The notes: a model not told the origin generated them from the letters alone. Counted from the first letter of the stretch, positions 1 to 12,270 are shown. The stretch: 64,000 bases of DNA from Chrysemys picta bellii (GCF_011386835.1 NC_088813.1:12028001-12092000), one strand, 5' to 3'. Made by a program: numbers and translations.

Positions 1-139
1 TTATTACCCAGCATGCGGCCCATGAAACAACTTCCAATCCTTTCTCTGCCTCCCTCCCCCTTTCCCAGTGGGTCCTGCCTATTCCTCCCAAAGCCCCACC
101 AAGTTTGGCAAGAACACTTCCACTTTCCATCTCTGAACC

Positions 140-145
140 TTTATT
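140..145 (-). terminator. Candidate polyadenylation signal AATAAA
   Basis: Plus-strand TTTATT at 140-145; GU/U-rich sequence follows on the minus strand. Confidence 0.7.
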
Positions 146-661
146 ACTATGGAATATACAAAACAACCCAACAACACGGTTATAAAAACGAGGTCACAGG
201 GAAACGTGAAGCAGCCCGGTTTTGAAATGCTCTCAGTGTCCCGGTGCTGGGTCAAATATAAAACGAGGCGTATTTATACATATACAAAATATAAAAGGAA
301 GGTTACATTAGAAATGTATAAAACAAATGGCTGACGAGTGGTATTTACATCCGGGGTGGGGTGGAGGGGCCGTGCCCAGAGCCGGCAGCATCTGTTTAGC
401 AGCCATGTTTCAATGCATCTGAGAAAGTCTCCTTGGAGCGAGGAGCTGCCGGCTGGGATCAGCCCTGTTTGAAGGTTCTGCATGACTGACGGTTCAGTAG
501 AAAGCTGCTGCCTGTGATCGATTCAGCAACAGGCCAAGACAAAGGGCGAACAAAAGCATTGGTTTGTCTATGTGTAGGCTGCCATTATTAGCAGATCTGC
601 TATCTCAACCGTGAAACAGAAACTCTGACCTGTGGCCTGGGGGGAAGAAAATACAAAGTAC

Positions 662-693
662 AAATAATAATAATAATAATATTAATAATAATA
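662..693. repeat. (AAT)n microsatellite in the 3' UTR, interrupted
   Basis: aaataataataataataatattaataataata. Confidence 0.85.
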
Positions 694-890
694 AATTCAA
701 CCGAGAGAAGTTCCACGTTCACATTGAGAATGGATTGTCCAAGCACTTCCTCGCGCTGAGTGTCTCCCTCCCAGGGGAACGAACGTGTTCAAGTACAGGC
801 AATGAGGCGTGGCGTGAGGTTGTGTTCCGTTTGGGTCCAACTTGCCGGCTTCAGGAGAGAAGTCCCAGCGTAAGTGCAGCCCTGGGCTCT

Positions 891-1005
891 TTATAGCTCC
901 TTGAGGATGATCTGGATTTTGTCCTCTGCTTCCACTATGTCCAGTAAAAAAGCCATGTGGTTGCTGTAATGCTGGATGATGTTGTTATCCATGTTCACCA
1001 AGATG
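891..1005 (-). CDS. GRHL3: GRHL3 exon 16, coding part (115 nt including TAA)
   Basis: ctcctag|C ATC TTG GTG AAC ATG GAT AAC ... GAG CTA TAA; [37 protein letters not shown]. The exon sum is 1812 nt = 603 aa plus stop. Confidence 0.97.
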
Positions 1006-1589
1006 CTAGGAGAGGAGAGAGATTGGATTAGGGGCGCATATTTCAAGCAGTCACTTTAACTGCGGAGCGGTGGGAACTGGGACATCCCGAGTTCTCGTCC
1101 TGCCTTTCCCACTAACTTGCCACGTGGCCTTGCGCAAGTCCTAGCACTTCACTGTGCCTCAGTTTCCACCTAGGTGCAATAATAGGACTGACCTACCTGG
1201 GCCACACAGGTGCTGGGAGGATCAGATAGTCTTTTATAAAGAGCTTTGAACAGGCAAAGCACCATACAAACAGTCTGGGTTCTGGTTACTAACCAGTTTG
1301 CAACCAGACCCTTATTGTGACCGATTGGTTCCTTTCTGGGGCTCTGCGGTAAGCAACGGGTGGCTCATTTCCACTTGGGAAGCCAGCTTGCTCATTTAAC
1401 AACAGGAGCAGGCGAGCTGGGAGGGCACCCACAGAATACTGCATTGTCCACTTTCTCCTACCCCGGGCTTCAGGGCATTGACGAGTTGGGCTGCAATGCG
1501 AAGAATTGACCGGGAGAGTCTTTTCCACTTACAACCGCCAAGATCCCCGTGCAGAATGTAAGCGCTGTACGCCCGTTCTCCCAGAGAGG

Positions 1590-2000
1590 CAGAGGCGGAT
1601 TAAGGTTTTGTGGAGCCCTGGGCCAGAGCAAGTGGGAGCCCCTCCCTATCCCTTCCATCTGCATTCCTCCCGTATCCCCCTGGTCAGGGTGCAGGGGCTT
1701 CCCCCCTCTGCCTAGGTATTCCTGCCAGGGAGCGGGGTCAGGGTGTGGGCACTTGCCCCGCTCCACCCGCCTGGCGCTCCTGCCAGGGAGCATGGTTGGG
1801 GCGCTTCCCCTGCTCTGCAGCAGGCGCGCCAGGCAGGCAGAGTGGGGCAAGTCCCTGCGGCCCGACCCCAGTCCCCAGCAGGAGTGCTAGGTGGGCAGAG
1901 CGGGGTGGGGGCACAGGTGTGCCCATTTTTTCAGGGCCCCGCAATTGGCCAGGGCCCCTGGGCACAGGCCCCGTTGGCCCAGTGGCTAATCCGCCAATTG
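1590..2000. mobile_element. GC-rich hAT-type MITE
   Basis: TIRs cagaggcggatta / taatccgccaattg; degenerate 8-bp TSD cagagagg / cagaaaag. Confidence 0.7.
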
Positions 2001-4571
2001 CAGAAAAGAACACATGCCGCCTGAATATACAGCATCAGCAGGAGAGCCAGCACTCCAAATTCTTTGTCCTTCCAAGCGGCCACATCTTTCCTGACCGCAG
2101 ACTGGTTACAAACTTCAGTGACAGTCATAAAATCAACTGCTTGGAACCAGAAATTATAAAGGACAGGGGGAGAAGCATTTCAACAGCTGATTTAAAGCCA
2201 AGGCCACGGCTCCCCATCATACCAGAGTTCCTCATTAAAATATCATTGATGTCGCAGGGCGTCACACGGCTATGTTCCCATAAATCACAGGAGGCACTCG
2301 GAACTGTTTGGAAGTGGCAAAGAGAACAAACCGTCTTTCATTGCACACAGCACGTTCCCTCCAGGTCTCTACTGGGATCATTAATGGGGCAATAGCCTTA
2401 ACTGTGCAATACTCAGAAATAAAGAGGCTTCAGTTTCTAGCAAATCTAGTAATTTGTCAGGCACAGAGGACAGGCCAGACCCTCAGGTGATGTAAATCAT
2501 CGAAGTCCCTTGGCAGTCAATGGAGATACACCAATTGACAGCACCAGAGCATCTGGCCCATCCATTCTAAAACAGTGCAGAATTCAAGGAATGTCAGATT
2601 GCCTTTGAAACAGGAAGTGCATCAAGCAGGTGAAGGGGCACGGTTTGCCTTTTCATTCAGATTTGTTAATTACATGCTTTAGAATGTGACCGGTGCTCAA
2701 TAATTTATTCTTCACTGCACTTTTCAGAAGATCTCAAAATGCTTTATAAGCAGGTTGATTTCCTATATCTAGGGCCTTTCAGTGTAGGGCATTAAACATG
2801 ACACGTGGGTAAACTGAGGCACAAAATAACTTGTCCAGAGTCATGCAGCTGTTACACAAACACAACAAGGAGGCCCAGCCTCTTTGGCAATGAACATGAG
2901 AGAGGACAGAGATCCAGAGGCTGTGGGGGCAGATAAAAAGGTGAGTGGATGGGCAGCGGCAGAAGCAAAACAGTCACAGAGTAGGATGACAATCTACCCA
3001 GCTGCCAAAATCCCCCAACCCTCCTCTTAGATTCTTCAATTGCTTTTCCACTTTTGTACTAGGAGTTCTGCTTTGTAAGCCGATTCCAGTCATCCCAGAA
3101 GTAGACAGCTGCATGCTGCTTTAAACACAGAGTGGAAATCTAGGGCTGTGTCACACAGGTGTGTCCGACCCACGCTGTTGCCTTATGCAACCCAAAACCA
3201 AGGTGACTTTAAATGACAAATGAGGCATCTCCAAAAAGTCTTTCATATTTCATCCACCTACAGCTGGGAAAGGCATCCGGTTTGGAAGCGACTTGTCCCA
3301 CCCAGCCTTATTTCAGCTTTGAAAAATGCTACCCACTGATCAGAGTGGGTGAACACGCCACTTCGGATTAAAAAATGAGGTAAGTGTGTCCAGCTGTTAG
3401 AGCAGGGGGCCTCGGAGACTATTCCCAGCTCTGCCAACAACTTCCTGTGTGACATTGACCAAATCACCACATCACCTCAGTTTCCCAATCTGTAGAATGG
3501 GGACGCTACCTGCCTAAACTCAGGCATTTAGCAGCCGCCTGGTGAAAGGTCCACTATAGATACTGAGTTACATTAAAACTATTAACTGAATCAAACCTTC
3601 ATCTAGGTATGAATCAGACACAAGCTTTATGGGAGATGGGAAAAGTTGGGTCAGGTTTCTTCATCAGCTGTTTTCCTGCTGCTTTGAACTTTTGACCAAC
3701 ATGGAAAGAGAATCTTTGCACCCAAAGTGACATGAGTTCTCTCCAGTTCATCCTGATTCCTAGACATGAGGCACTGGGAGTCACACGAACCTCATGCTGT
3801 TGGGTTTCCAGTCCGATTTCTCAATCAAAAAGATTCAGGTAAGTCATGAAGAGAAATCCAGACCTTAGATTGCAGATCCAGACCAAGCTCACAATTATAT
3901 GACATTTGCCCCTTACTTCTACTGAGTCATCCTGAAATTCATGTCATCTGCCTATGAGCTGAAGGGGGACAGGCATAGTAGGTCACCATGCTGACAAGGC
4001 CCACTTTTAATGCCATGTCCTCAGATGGTGTAAATCAAGGTTGTTCCACTGAGCCACATTGGTTTATACCAGCTGAGGCCCACAAAGTAAATGCCAAGGA
4101 GAAAGATAATTGCTCAGGGTGAGGCAATAGGATGAAATCACGCAAAGGGAAAATGAAGGCTAGGAGAGCAGGAAACATTTCGCAATACCCTAAGATCTAG
4201 TAGATTGTAGCCGAGTTTGAATCTGAGTAAGGTATTTGCTCAACAATAACTGGTGACAATGAGTTCCAAAGCTTAATTACAAGTTGGCTATGACGGTATT
4301 TCATTTGGTCTGCTTTACATGTGTTGTCTTTTCATTTCCTTGTTCCTCCGTTTTGGGCAGGGATAAGAACCTCTGGTTGATTCTATCTCCCAAGCATTCA
4401 TTACTTCATAATATTAACTTGGGATCAGATAGAGTAACAAACAAAAATCAAGTTATAGGTGGTTCCCTCAACCAGACAAGACCCTTTTTTCCCCTGCCTC
4501 ACAGGAACTCATCTGTGCAGGGGACTCAGATTCACACAGCTGGGTAGCATAGTCAGTTCCGACCCAAGTTA

Positions 4572-4574
<3 letters not shown>

Positions 4575-4620
<46 letters not shown>
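4575..4620. repeat. (GT)n microsatellite
   Basis: About 23 GT units. Confidence 0.95.
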
Positions 4621-4621
<1 letters not shown>

Positions 4622-5245
4622 TTTACTGAAAGCGACACACAAATTTAAGCACCTTCCTGCATCTGGGCCTTGAGATGGGATTTTCAGATGCACTCAGGGC
4701 TGCTTGCTGCTCTGTTCCCACTGACCTCAATATCAAACTCCCAGACAGATGCCAGTGCAGAGTGTGTTAGAAGCTCCCCCCCCGAGAAGCCCTCTTCTCT
4801 CAGACTTTCTCACACTGACATCAACGGAACGGGACAGCAGCGAGAGTCCCTTTAAACTACCCATGGCCGCTGCCAACATTCTGGGACGGTTTCTTCCGCC
4901 TTGTTAGACGCTTGTCAGGCGCCCCATCACCAAAACCACCTAATGCACAAACTGGCGTCATTCTAATTCTCCTCTCTGTCTCCCTCTGCGCTAAAAACCT
5001 GGACCTGCGCCAGTACAAACAATTCATTCATTTTCCAGCAGTCACTGGTGCTTGCAAAGCGCGATCATATCTCTGTGTGCATGGAGGACTCGCTGTCTGG
5101 ATTTATGAAAATAAGCTTGGCAGCGGATGAGTCTTTCCCCATTCATCGGGGGAAGGGAGCGGTTCAGAGTTCTTTATTTCAGAACGCGTTCTGGAAAATA
5201 GCAATTAGCGCGTTCTCAGGGATGCACCCCTCCACTGAGGTCAAT

Positions 5246-5333
5246 GGGCCAGATCCCCAGCTGGTGTAAACCCATGTCGCTCCATTAAAGTCAACAGAGC
5301 TACGCCATTTGACACCAGTGGAGGATCTTGCCC
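5246..5333. mobile_element. 88-bp palindromic MITE (GGGCCAGATC terminus family)
   Basis: gggccagatccccagctggtgtaaa ... tttgacaccagtggaggatcttgccc; whole-element hairpin. Confidence 0.75.
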
Positions 5334-5615
5334 ATTGTTTTCAATGGGGATCAAGCCCCGAAGGGTTTTTCACATGTGATTAGCACGTCCTCAATTGTAC
5401 ATTGTACAATTGTACAGCTATAACTCAGTGTCTCTGACTGCTAGGAAAACACAGAGCAGGAGCTGGCTTTATTTGCACATATCTCAGCGTGTCTGAGTAA
5501 CAAAGGTCTGTTTAAAGAGCGTTTCAGCTAATGCCCCAGAGCTGCACAGGATCTGCAAAGTAGCTATGTTCAGCAAGTGCCATATTGCCCTGCGAACTCC
5601 CAACAAACCAAAACT

Positions 5616-5631
5616 CCCCCCCCCCCCCCCC
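5616..5631. repeat. Poly-C tract (C16)
   Basis: Direct read. Confidence 0.9.
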
Positions 5632-6529
5632 AGCATCTCGGGGGCAGTCACAGTGATTAGGTGTTTCTAAGATTACGTTAGAAAGAGAATTTCCAAAGCA
5701 GCAGCTTTGGGACTGAAGCGGGAACCGAAAAGAGAGCAGCAGTAGACATGCCCGGGCAGATCACGGACTGGGGGTTGGATTCACCTTCAGTGGGGTCCTC
5801 CAAGAATCACTTACAGTCTGAACTAAGAAAAGGCTGATTCCCAGAAGTCCTTCCCCCAGACTCCCCCAACCCTGCCTAAGCACAAGCACTAGTTCTTCCA
5901 CGTAGGGGAGACGTGTTTGTCATGGGGGGGGGGTCCCTGTCAGGTCTGATTACGCCTCAAAAATCACACTTTGCTCATGGTTTGGTGACAAAACAACCCC
6001 ATCTCCCACCTGCGGCGCCAGCTCCAATCTTCAACTCCGAGGGCTTTTTTCTCTGGTCACTTAGCAAAGAAAGCAAGACGCTGTACAATAACGTCCCCCG
6101 GTGAAATTCTTGAGCTCTTTCCAGGCAAAGGATCACCTCGTGGCTAGGAGGGATCCTTCAACTTCAACAATCAAAGCCTCCCTTTCAGACAACGGCAGAT
6201 TAACAAAACTATTCGCTCCGTCTCCGAGGAGGGCATTGCTATTATTTGCTGTTCGTTGCTCCCAAGTTATAATTACAACAGTACACAATAACGTCAAGCT
6301 GCGGCTTGGTGGCCCAGGACCATGGGTTTCCAGACACAACAAGCGCCTCTGTGGGGGTAGGGCACAGTGAAAGTGCACTCGACGTATTCTTTGTCTGGCA
6401 ACATGAGCCCTTTGACAGAAGATTAGCAAGAATCCCGCTGCACGGCAAACCCGTTCTCTTGCTCTGCATTACAGTATCAAATGATCAGCTGAGAACGAAC
6501 TGACCGTGCTGCATACCCCTCAAAGTGTC

Positions 6530-6865
6530 TATTCCCATAACAGCTGCCATAGTGGGTCACCCATTGTCCATCTTGCCCAGTGTTCTGTCCCCGACAGTGG
6601 CCCGTACCTGAGCTTCAGGGGGAGTGTACAGAACAGGGTAGTTATGGAGTGAGCCAGTCCCGTCTTCCACTCCCAATTTCTGGTTGTCAGGTTTAGGGAC
6701 ACCCAGAGCATGGGGTTGTATCCCTGACCATCTTGGCTAATAGCCATCGATAGACCTGTTTGCCATGAACTTATCCAGTTCTTTTTTCAACCCAAATAAG
6801 TTTTTGGCTTTCACAGCATCCCATGGCAATGAGTTCCACAGGTAAGTTGTGTGCTGTGTGAAAAG
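6530..6865 (-). mobile_element. CR1 LINE 3' fragment (degraded)
   Basis: Similar to 14659-15224 and to the reverse complement of 62540-62901; the minus strand encodes LWNSLPWDAVKAKNLFGLKKELDKFM, the CR1 ORF2 C-terminus. Confidence 0.85.
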
Positions 6866-7366
6866 TCCTCCCATCACTTTGTAGGGCAGGGTAGGGATAG
6901 GGCTGTCCTTGAAGTTAATCTCCCACAATGCCATGGCAGGACGTGCAGGCACCACCACTACGACACGGTTTTGCTCTTCTGGAGTCATTGAAGGAAACTT
7001 TTAGACAGCTCAACCCTGGGAGCTAAAAGGCCACCTGCTTGTTTCCGTGAAGTCATTAACGAGCCCTCTACAATAGCTAACAGGCAAAGGTGTGAATCAA
7101 AAGTACCAGAGTAAAATACTGTCCGACACTGACTAATGCTGCCTTCACAAACCCTGTGTGGTTATCAAAGACAGACTCGAAGAGGACTTTCCCAGTCTCA
7201 TTCATTCCATTGTCGGTGGAGTTGGATCCCAAAGTTCTTGGGTTTTTGGAGACCTCTTGGAAATTTTTTATATCACCCCTGAATTTTTTTCCCCATTAAA
7301 TTCCATATTGGATTGGCAGCCCCAGAGACTGAGTCCTTTATTTATCCACAGAGCACTATGGGAAAT

Positions 7367-7454
7367 GGGTCAGATCATCAGCCGGTGAGAATTTGCATAG
7401 CTCCATTCATGTCAATGCAGCGACACCGGTTTACACCAGCTGATGATCTTGCCC
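7367..7454. mobile_element. 88-bp palindromic MITE with AAT target duplication
   Basis: AAT|gggtcagatcatcagccggtg ... caccagctgatgatcttgccc|AAT. Confidence 0.75.
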
Positions 7455-8457
7455 AATGTACCTTAACAATGATCTGGAGGGACCACCTACAGGGGAGAGA
7501 AGGGAGTTCAGTCTATGGGTTAGTCAACCCTAGGAGCCAGCTAGTACCTACGGAGGTGGTGCTTTGTGACGTGAACACACTGGAACCAGGTGAGACGCAG
7601 CCCCTCTGACTCATTTCACATGAGCCACCAGACAACCAACAGATGGTAACAACCTTCATCACCACTGACCTAGCTCAGGCTTGGACGGCTGCTCTAGACA
7701 GGGCCTGTTGCCCCAGCACATCAAACCAACGCACCAAAGAACAACATGTTTTCATAGCGGTGCCTTCAGCAGGAGATACAAATCCTTTTCTTAATCAAGG
7801 CAGGAGTTTAAGTCTAAATTCCTATTAAGGTTCATTCTGTCCGTGGCATCTATATATTCAGGGTGCGTGTTCATACGTAGGGTCTGACCATCACCTACCA
7901 GAGTCCAGGAAGGACTCCCATGGTGTGGATCACTCCAGTAGCGAATGATGGCTGATGAGTTGGCAAAACTGGGAACGAAGGTGCCCTGTTTGTACCTAAC
8001 CCTTGGGAAGAGTCAGTGGAACACAATGCAAAGCTTTCTAACCCTGCTGTTTTGTCTGCAGCCCAACAGTCTCCACACTGGCCAGTCCTGATGCCAGTCA
8101 TGCACACTAGTTGTGAGAAGCAAACATCTGTACCTCGCAGATTGAGATAAGATAAATTCACTCTAAGCCCAGGCTTTCACTCCGAGAGATCATCCATTAA
8201 ACCACCCACCCAGCTCCTCCCCCCACCTTTCCCGAGGAGACTTCACCACTCAGAATAAAGTTAGTACAAACAAACGTTATCCCAAATCTTTAAAGGGCAG
8301 AACGAGTTCTGTGTTTTATATGCTCCAAATGGCCCAGACCTCCCATAGCTTTGGTATTTATTATCTTGTTAAAATACGGTTTCATCCCGTGGCAAGGCAC
8401 CAAAGGGTACAAAGATCCTAGGCGCCCAGTGCAAATGCAGATGGGAGATTTGCTTAC

Positions 8458-8522
8458 CCTCGTTTGCACTTTTTATAGACTTTATAGATGCTTTCTTCAG
8501 GCAGCTCATATTTTTCTGAAAT
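8458..8522 (-). CDS. GRHL3: GRHL3 exon 15 (65 nt)
   Basis: cctgcag|ATT TCA GAA AAA TAT ... CGA GG|gtaagc; ISEKYELPEESIYKVYKKCKR(G). Confidence 0.96.
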
Positions 8523-8975
8523 CTGCAGGAGAAAACGTGACACTTTAAAATCTTTTTTTTTTTTTTGCACATTCAGAATGAAATCCCAGCAGATAAAATA
8601 AAAGGGATCTTTGCCGTAGGGTCACTCCTCAATGGAAGAATTTCCCCCCCTCCTCCTCATAAAAAAAATGCTAGAGCAATGATGTAGCTTATACTGGGGT
8701 TACTACGGTAACCTGGCCTTTTGCTGCTGCAGCTTGGTTCAATGGACTCAGGAGACCTGGGTGCTAACTCCTGGTTCCACCACTGAAGTGGTACATGACC
8801 TTGGGAAGTCACCTCCTGGGCACACAGAGACAAACTAATGCACCTGTGCAAAGCCTCTGCACCTTAGAGCTTTTGGTTTACCAACAGAAAGTGCATGTCT
8901 GACTCTGATAGCCCTGAATCCCTTGCGATCACGACTTTTGCTGAGGTTCTGGGTCAAGCTGCAAAGGCTTCTAGC

Positions 8976-9138
8976 CAGGGCCGGCGCAACCCATTAGGCG
9001 ACCTAGGCGGTCGCCTCGGGTGCTATAATTTGGGGGGCGGCGACCGCGGCGGTATTTCGGCGGCAGGACCTTCCGCTGCCTCTGTGGGGGGCGGCATTTC
9101 GGGGCGGGACCTTCCGCTGCCTAGGGTGGCAGCTCCTG
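8976..9138. mobile_element. hAT-type MITE (CAGGGCCGGC terminus)
   Basis: Perfect 8-bp TSD CTTCTAGC at 8968-8975 and 9139-9146; CpG-rich interior; right TIR degenerate. Confidence 0.85.
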
Positions 9139-9910
9139 CTTCTAGCATCATAAGTGCTTTGATGACACTCTGAGCAGGTTTGGAAATTGAGGGAGAGTTT
9201 TACATTCATTCGGCAGCATTTTCTGTGAAGGGTCTTGTCTGCTTGGCTGTATTGCCGTGGGGAGGAAGCTATAACCTGACATTCTGCAACCTGCCTCTGC
9301 TCTGTTTTTAAAAGTTTGTAAAAACAACAACCCCTCCCACCCCCCAAAGCGCTGCCATAAAGGCACCATTGGATCATTTAGGTTTATTGTTTGTTTTATT
9401 CCACCCCCCAAAGAGGAGCTAGGGTTATCGGGGATTCTTCTGATAATCATCACAGAAATATGCCCTGTGTGTTCCTCAAACAGAAAATTCCATCCTAAGG
9501 TGGATAGCAGGTAGACTTGCTCTGGCTTCAGATCCCCCGGAGATAGAGCCAGGGAATGGTGAGGGATGTTTTACAGCTGAAAATACGAAAACACTGTAAT
9601 AAAAGGAGAATCCTAGGGCTTTTATACTGTGATCTGAACAAAAGACTGCACTGATAAGGTTTGTGCTCCTGGAGAGAGCTCACCTCTCACGCTACAGCTC
9701 TCAACGCATGGGCTGACTTTTTCACTGGGGTGGAATTCTTAGCACAAGGCCTACGCACCATTTAGCTCCTCCAAACAGGGCATACGTGAGATAGAAGCGG
9801 TACCCCATCCTTGTGCTGAGCCCCTGCACAGGGAGTTAATTCTAACACCCCCTCTCCCCTCCCCGACCCCTGATTTCCGAGAACACACTGCAGTTTGTGT
9901 GTCACAGTCA

Positions 9911-10090
<180 letters not shown>

Positions 10091-10286
10091 TTAAATGAAG
10101 ATCCCAAATGAGTTGGGCCATGTGACGAACCACTTGCCAAAGGAATTGAATTCCCAACGGGGAGGTTCTGGAAGGTGTTTGGGGCAGGGACCCTCTGTTC
10201 TGTGTTTGCACCGCACCTAGCAACATGGGGGCCTGGGCTGTGGTTTGGGCTGTTCGGTGCCACGATAATCTCAATAATAACAATAC

Positions 10287-10375
10287 CTCTCTTGGCATCT
10301 TCTTCTTTGGCTAGTTTGGAAGGTGAAGGATCAAACTCATCCGAGAACGAGGGACAGCCCCGTTTTAATGGCAAC
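10287..10375 (-). CDS. GRHL3: GRHL3 exon 13 (89 nt)
   Basis: cttag|G TTG CCA TTA AAA CGG ... AAG AGA G|gtattg; LPLKRGCPSFSDEFDPSPSKLAKEEDAKR. Confidence 0.95.
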
Positions 10376-11064
10376 CTAAGTAAACACGAGAGGAGACCGT
10401 CAGGAAGACGTATGACAGAAGCAAACATTCCAACAGTTAAAGGGGAGGTTCCCAAATGCCGGTGACAGAAGCATTACCGGAGTTGGACTGTGGCCAGGAC
10501 ACCGAAGATAACACCCCTCTCCTTGAGTGCAACGGGATCTCCAGTGATCACAAGTGGGGAGGGGTTTGGGTTTATATCCCAGGCAAAAGACATGCAATGT
10601 CTCAGAATTACTGGGCCCGGTCCAAAAGCCACTGATGTTAATGAGAGTCTTTCCACTGACTTTTGGATCAGGCCAAGGCGGGTATCTGAACTTCCCACCT
10701 CAGTGATTTTGAAAGCAAGGGTTTCTCTCTCTTTCAGCTTCCTTTACGGCTGCCTCTGCCTTTGGCTACCTTAGCCCGTCCAAGCCGGTTCAGGGATCAT
10801 TCTGATTTTTAAACATGTTCCGTCACCCGATTACCACAATAGCTTTTCAGGGTGGTAAAGGAAACGTCACAGCAGTTTTTTGGGGGGTGGGGCTGAGTGT
10901 TATGAGAGTCCATTCCACACCTTTACATGAGAGAAGACTTCAGAGCAGGCAGAGGGTGCACCTGCAGTGAGCTGGTATGTGTGCACATGCTAAGCTCCAC
11001 AGGTACCAGAACAATTACTGGCCCGAAGAGGTGAAAAGATTGATGAGCCCCTGTCCTTTCCTAC

Positions 11065-11102
11065 CTGTTTACGTTGTTAGGAACAGCAGCAGCAGGAAGC
11101 AC
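11065..11102 (-). CDS. GRHL3: GRHL3 exon 12 (38 nt mini-exon)
   Basis: cttttcattcaag|GTG CTT CCT GCT GCT GCT GTT CCT AAC AAC GTA AAC AG|gtagga; VLPAAAVPNNVN(R). It is the candidate I found with the required phases 0 and 2 between exons 11 and 13. Confidence 0.85.
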
Positions 11103-12270
11103 CTTGAATGAAAAGAAAAAAAGAGATCGTTTTAGTTTAAATTTTGTTTTCAAGAGCCCATAAGATGTCCCTTGATGGGCTCCCCACTAAGATATTCATT
11201 CTCGCCTTAGATCTCACGGCCCGATCCTGTCCTTGGCTACAGCCATGCAGCTGAAGGCAGAATATGGCTGTGTAGGGTTCAGGGGAGGGATGTGCCTATA
11301 TGGGATCAAATCTTGGCTCCATTTAAATCCAGGGTAGTTTTGCAATTTACTTCGGTGGAACCAGGATTTCAACCATGGATTCTTAGCGTATCCCCTGCTG
11401 CTTGGGCTGTTTGGCATCCCTTGTAGAGCGGCATTATCCCCTTTTCAACAGGAAGAGCCTACCCATCTGCAGGACATTCGGGAGTCTGGGGACCCGTGAA
11501 ATGCCTTGTTGGGATGTGCCGTGGGGTGATGCGGTATCATGACAATGACGTCATCACTGAATAGAATAATTCAGCTGGGGATGGAACAACATGGGCTGGT
11601 CTCAGGTTTGCAAACCCAACTGATTTTTTTGTTTTAAAGGTCGGATGATTTTTTCCCCTTATACCGTCATTTCCCCCCAGGAAACTGTAATTAAAGAACA
11701 AACACACATCCACGTTTTTCTGACTAAGTGACTCAGCAGATTCTGGTGTGGCAGACCGAGATCTCCTGTCCCCTAGCTTCAACACTGTTGCACCAAAATA
11801 TCATCCTGTTGCAAGAAGACGCCACAATGTTGTCCTGGCTGAATTTGCCCATTTGGACAAACTCAGACAGGTGGCAACTCAACTTCTTGAATGATGGCCT
11901 CCAGAGCACTACTGAGCCGTTTGGAAGCCCAGCTCTTCTCAGCTGCAGGGAGGATCATCGGGAACAGAGAGAGGCCGGGGAGAAGCTGAGGGATATCCCA
12001 CAGATGGAGGTGTTTTGAATGGAGGAATTTTGCTAGGGGTCATTTTGTGCAAATGCTTTTGCTCTTTCCAGCTCAATCCACCGTGCAAATTTGCAGGTAA
12101 TCCTTATACAACCCTTCTTGAGAAAACTTTTCCTCAAGTTCACCTTTCCCCAAATTAAAACTCCCTTGACCTTGAAATTGTTAGTTAATAAAATTGACGC
12201 CGTGGGTTCTTTTCCTCTACACGATGCAATTAGTGTCTGTAGGACGCACTCCATTGACCCAGCTTTCAAG

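Larger units (their letters stand above)
120..890 (-). other. GRHL3: GRHL3 3' UTR (approximate 3' end)
   Basis: Follows the stop codon, has AU-rich stretches, and ends shortly after AATAAA at 140-145. The cleavage site is inferred, not observed. Confidence 0.7.

Noticed and set aside
120-890. miR-21 site in the 3' UTR (GRHL3 is a reported miR-21 target in mammals)
   Set aside because: No ATAAGCT seed match found on the mRNA strand of this UTR.
1610-2395. 261-aa ORF and overlapping ORFs at 1470-2128
   Set aside because: They run through a GC-rich MITE (1590-2000) that lacks stops by composition; no recognisable protein.
3747-3838. Plus-strand pseudo-exon with perfect CAG|GTAAGT donor (possible antisense gene or STPG1 overlap)
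   Set aside because: The open frame has no recognisable homology or STPG repeats and no partner exons; compatible with chance.
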